64,000 nucleotides of DNA from Eledone cirrhosa. Its lineage: Eukaryota. The stretch is taken from the NCBI GenBank assembly GCA_964016885.1, contig OZ024759.1, forward strand, positions 23,002,001-23,066,000. Direction: 5' to 3'. The notes under the pieces were generated by a model. That model made no database searches, had not been told where the DNA came from, and was given only the letters and a program-made list of their open reading frames with translations. Both the position numbers and the translations under genes were made by a program. Below, piece by piece: positions 57,464-64,000 of this stretch; the first letter of the stretch is position 1, and every line of letters starts with the position of its first letter.

Positions 57464-58153
57464 TCATCATTTCATTTTACGTCTGCTTTTCCCTGCTTGC
57501 AAGGGTGGGACTGGAACTGATTCTGGCTTGATTTCTACAGCTGGATGCCCTTCCTAACACCAACCTCATTTACAGTGAGTGTTGGGTGCTTTTTTTCCGT
57601 GGTGCCTTCACGTCCACTTTACAGTGTGGGCTGGGTGGTTTTTTGCCGTGCCACCTCCACGACCACTTTGCAGTGGAATGATAGGGACCCCAGTCCCTAT
57701 CATCTCATTTCTACAGCTGAGTTAACTGGAGCAATGTGAAATAAAGTGTCTTGCTCAAGGAAACAACACATCACCCGGTCCAAGAATTGAACTCACAACC
57801 TTTCGATTGAAAGGCCAATGCTCTAACCACTAAGGCCAATGCTCTAACTACTAAGCCATGTGCTTCCATTATATATATCAGACCGGGTGATGTGTTGTTT
57901 CCTTGAGCAAGACACTTTATTTCACATTGCTCCAGTTTACTCAGCTGTAGAAATGAGATGATAGGGACTGGGGTCCCTGTCATTCCACTGCAAAGTGGTT
58001 GTGGATGTGCCACGGCAAAAAAGCACCCAGCACTCACTGTAAATGAGGTTGGTGTTATGAAGGGCATCCAGCTGTAGAAATCAAGTCAGAATCAGTTCCC
58101 GTCCCACCCTTGCAAGCAGGCAAAAAGCGGACGTAAAATGAAATGATGAAATG
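57464..58153. mobile_element. Head-to-head inverted pair of VNTR-SINEs (minus 57464-57868; plus, 5'-truncated, 57880-58153)
   Basis: Arms are near reverse complements; 21-bp duplication in the tRNA head at ~57812-57853. Confidence 0.85.
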
Positions 58154-58159
58154 ATATAT

Positions 58160-58449
58160 ATATAGAGAGAGAGAGAGAAAGAACCATATATCATAGAGGA
58201 AACAGTATATTGTATATATATTAAATACATATTCCATAGAAGAATATGTACTCATTAGAGAAACCTTATAGAGTTATTTCATAATGATTGATTACACAGA
58301 TTGATTTTGAACTCTACAGAATATGAAATAGCCCTATAAGGTCTCTCTAATGACTCCACCATGAGTACATATTCTTCTATGGTATATGTATTTAGTGTAT
58401 ATACAATATACTGTTTCCTTTACGATATATTGTTCTTTCTCTCTCTATA
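58160..58449. repeat. Imperfect inverted repeat with ~120-bp arms
   Basis: GGAAACAGTATATTGTATATA...CCATAGAAGAATATGTACTCAT / ATGAGTACATATTCTTCTATGG...TATATACAATATACTGTTTCC. Confidence 0.8.
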
Positions 58450-58563
58450 CATATATTTATCTTTTTCATTCGATTTAATATGATTCTGGATAATGTCTAT
58501 TGAGCATGTTTATTGAGAAACACAAAATTCTAACATATTTGATATGTTTTGGTTCATTACATT

Positions 58564-58621
<58 letters not shown>

Positions 58622-58755
58622 TAGAAGTAGTATTTAATTTGTTGGAAGTTCGACAAACATAAATGTTTATAACTGATTTAGAGAACTCAACAAAGTACTG
58701 GAGTAAATATTCAATGATATTAAATAAATGGAAACTATATTTATAAAACCATATT

Positions 58756-58820
58756 TATTTTATTATATATATTTCAAGGCTAATCAAGACAACGTTGGTA
58801 CGCTTTCATCAGGTAAAATA
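58756..58820 (-). ncRNA. Type I hammerhead ribozyme motif (family A), within element ~58620-58835
   Basis: TATTTTAC-CTGATGA-AAGCGTACCAA...TTGATTAGCCTT-GAAA-TATATA-TA-ATAAAATA; downstream sequence matches 56568-56698. Confidence 0.7.
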
Positions 58821-59971
58821 AAGTTTTATAAATTTTTTTTTTTTTGCATTGCCAATAAATTTAACAAAAAAGGGGTCACTCTTTTCCTTAAATCAGTTAT
58901 CTGAAAAAACATGTTTACCATATGAATTACGATAAAAATATAAAAGAGATAGATCATCATCATCATTTTATGTCCATTTTTCCACGCTAGCATGCGTTAG
59001 ACGAATTGCCCTGTTGTGGGCAATGCTAGGTCAGTTGACCATGTCTTGCGCATACAGAACTGATAGATATTAATGGTATATAATAAATCTTATGCAGGGG
59101 TTTCCTGAGACATGAAAACTATTTCAAGGATTTTACAATGGTAAAAAAAAAGGTTGAGAAATGCTGTCCTGGAAGACAGTAAGGAAGACATGTTGGAATA
59201 ACCATTACAACTTGAGAAGAGCCAACCTTGACCCAATAATAGAGTGTAAGAAACTGTTTCAGAGGACACAGATTACCTGAGGTCCTTCACCACAGTAGTT
59301 TCAATGATAAATCTATCCAAAAAGTGTCCAATAATACTCCAACAGATTGTCTGTCAGTTAATCTTGTAGTGCTGTTCACTAAATTGCTCTCCTTTGTTTC
59401 TTGAACTTGATCTATCACCTCAAGCAGAGAAGAGAGCAGGGGGGTATGAAAGAGGGTGTGAAGAAGGAGGAGGTGAAGAAGGAGGAGGTGATACACAGAA
59501 AGTGAAAGTGAAATAAAATGTCACTGACTACACTAATTAATTAAAAGCTAATAATCACAATTTTCAATTAGGAAGGTGTATAATTAAGCAATGTCATATC
59601 TGGTTAATTAACCACATCAGTTACGAATTATCACTTTAATTAAGAAAACAAAGAAAAAAGATAGCAGAGATTACATAAAAGGAAAATCAAATCCCAAACG
59701 CACACTGACACGCAACAAACACATACACTATAGCCAATACACACACACACACATACACTATAGCCAATACACACACACACGCACACTATTGCCAGCACAA
59801 ACACATACACATGCTCACACAAAACCCACTCAAGAAAATACAGAAACATATAGACACACATAACTAATGCACACACACACACATGAAAACGTCCAGGCAC
59901 ACATTAGAACTAACATATACACACATACAACTTACAGACAGACACACACAAACAAAGCTATAAAATAAAAC

Positions 59972-63643
<3,672 letters not shown>

Positions 63644-64000
63644 TGAATATAGACATAGAATATTCGAAAATATTCTGTATGTTTATAATAAACATTTTGA
63701 AGACCTAATCGCTATAGAATAGAATACGTCACGTATTACAATTAGATTCTCGATAAAAGCAAGGGAAGTAAATCTACGCGTTTCATTCTTATTAGAAATC
63801 GTCAGGACTACATATCCAGTGCTTTCATCGAGAATGACACAGCTAGAGACTTATAGAATACTTAGCTGTGTACAGGAACTGGTTTGAAAGAGCGGTTGCC
63901 GGTCCGGCAGAAATTAGAAATTGGAATAAATGCTCTGAAATAGCGATATATATGTGAATATAGACATAGAATATTCGAAAATATTCTGTATGTTTATAAT
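63644..64000 (-). mobile_element. 311-bp direct-repeat unit carrying a hammerhead (retrozyme or pLTR-like), continuing past the window
   Basis: TGAATATAGACATAGAATATTCGAAAATATTCTGTATGTTTATAAT is identical at 63644 and 63955. Confidence 0.6.
63746..63835 (-). ncRNA. Type I hammerhead ribozyme with extended stem I (core 63768-63811)
   Basis: GTAGTC-CTGACGA-TTTCTAATAAGAAT-GAAA-CGCG-TA-GATTTAC; outer helix ATTCTCGATGAAAGCA / TGCTTTTATCGAGAAT. Confidence 0.8.

Noticed and set aside
59279-59419. Exon-like segment on the minus strand with acceptor and donor signals
   Set aside because: Stops in all frames and no recognisable homology

Overview
AT-rich, repeat-saturated eukaryotic intergenic or intronic DNA. 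It is most likely from a coleoid cephalopod such as Octopus, which I infer from the SINE types and the very large (TA)n/(CA)n tracts. I found no intact protein-coding gene: almost every ORF in the supplied track is translated microsatellite. Recognisable content includes tRNA-derived SINEs (one family with a CORE-like domain, an internal ~40-bp VNTR and a (TGA)n tail), decayed RTE, CR1 and Ingi/Vingi-like LINE fragments, a decayed Tc1/mariner (DD37D-like) transposase, TTAA-ended MITEs, an LTR with a triplicated tRNA-Trp primer-binding site, and several minisatellites. The main signal is a set of short non-coding elements, usually inserted in (TA)n and often arranged as inverted repeats, that carry type I hammerhead ribozyme (HHR) motifs (CTGANGA...GAAA...TH with a palindromic stem III). 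About 10 HHRs look intact and several more are half or decayed, from at least 4-5 families. They include a perfect 362-bp palindrome with one HHR on each strand and a 311-bp tandem unit at the window end. This resembles non-autonomous Penelope-like pLTRs or retrozymes. All folds were worked out by eye and ribozyme activity is untested.
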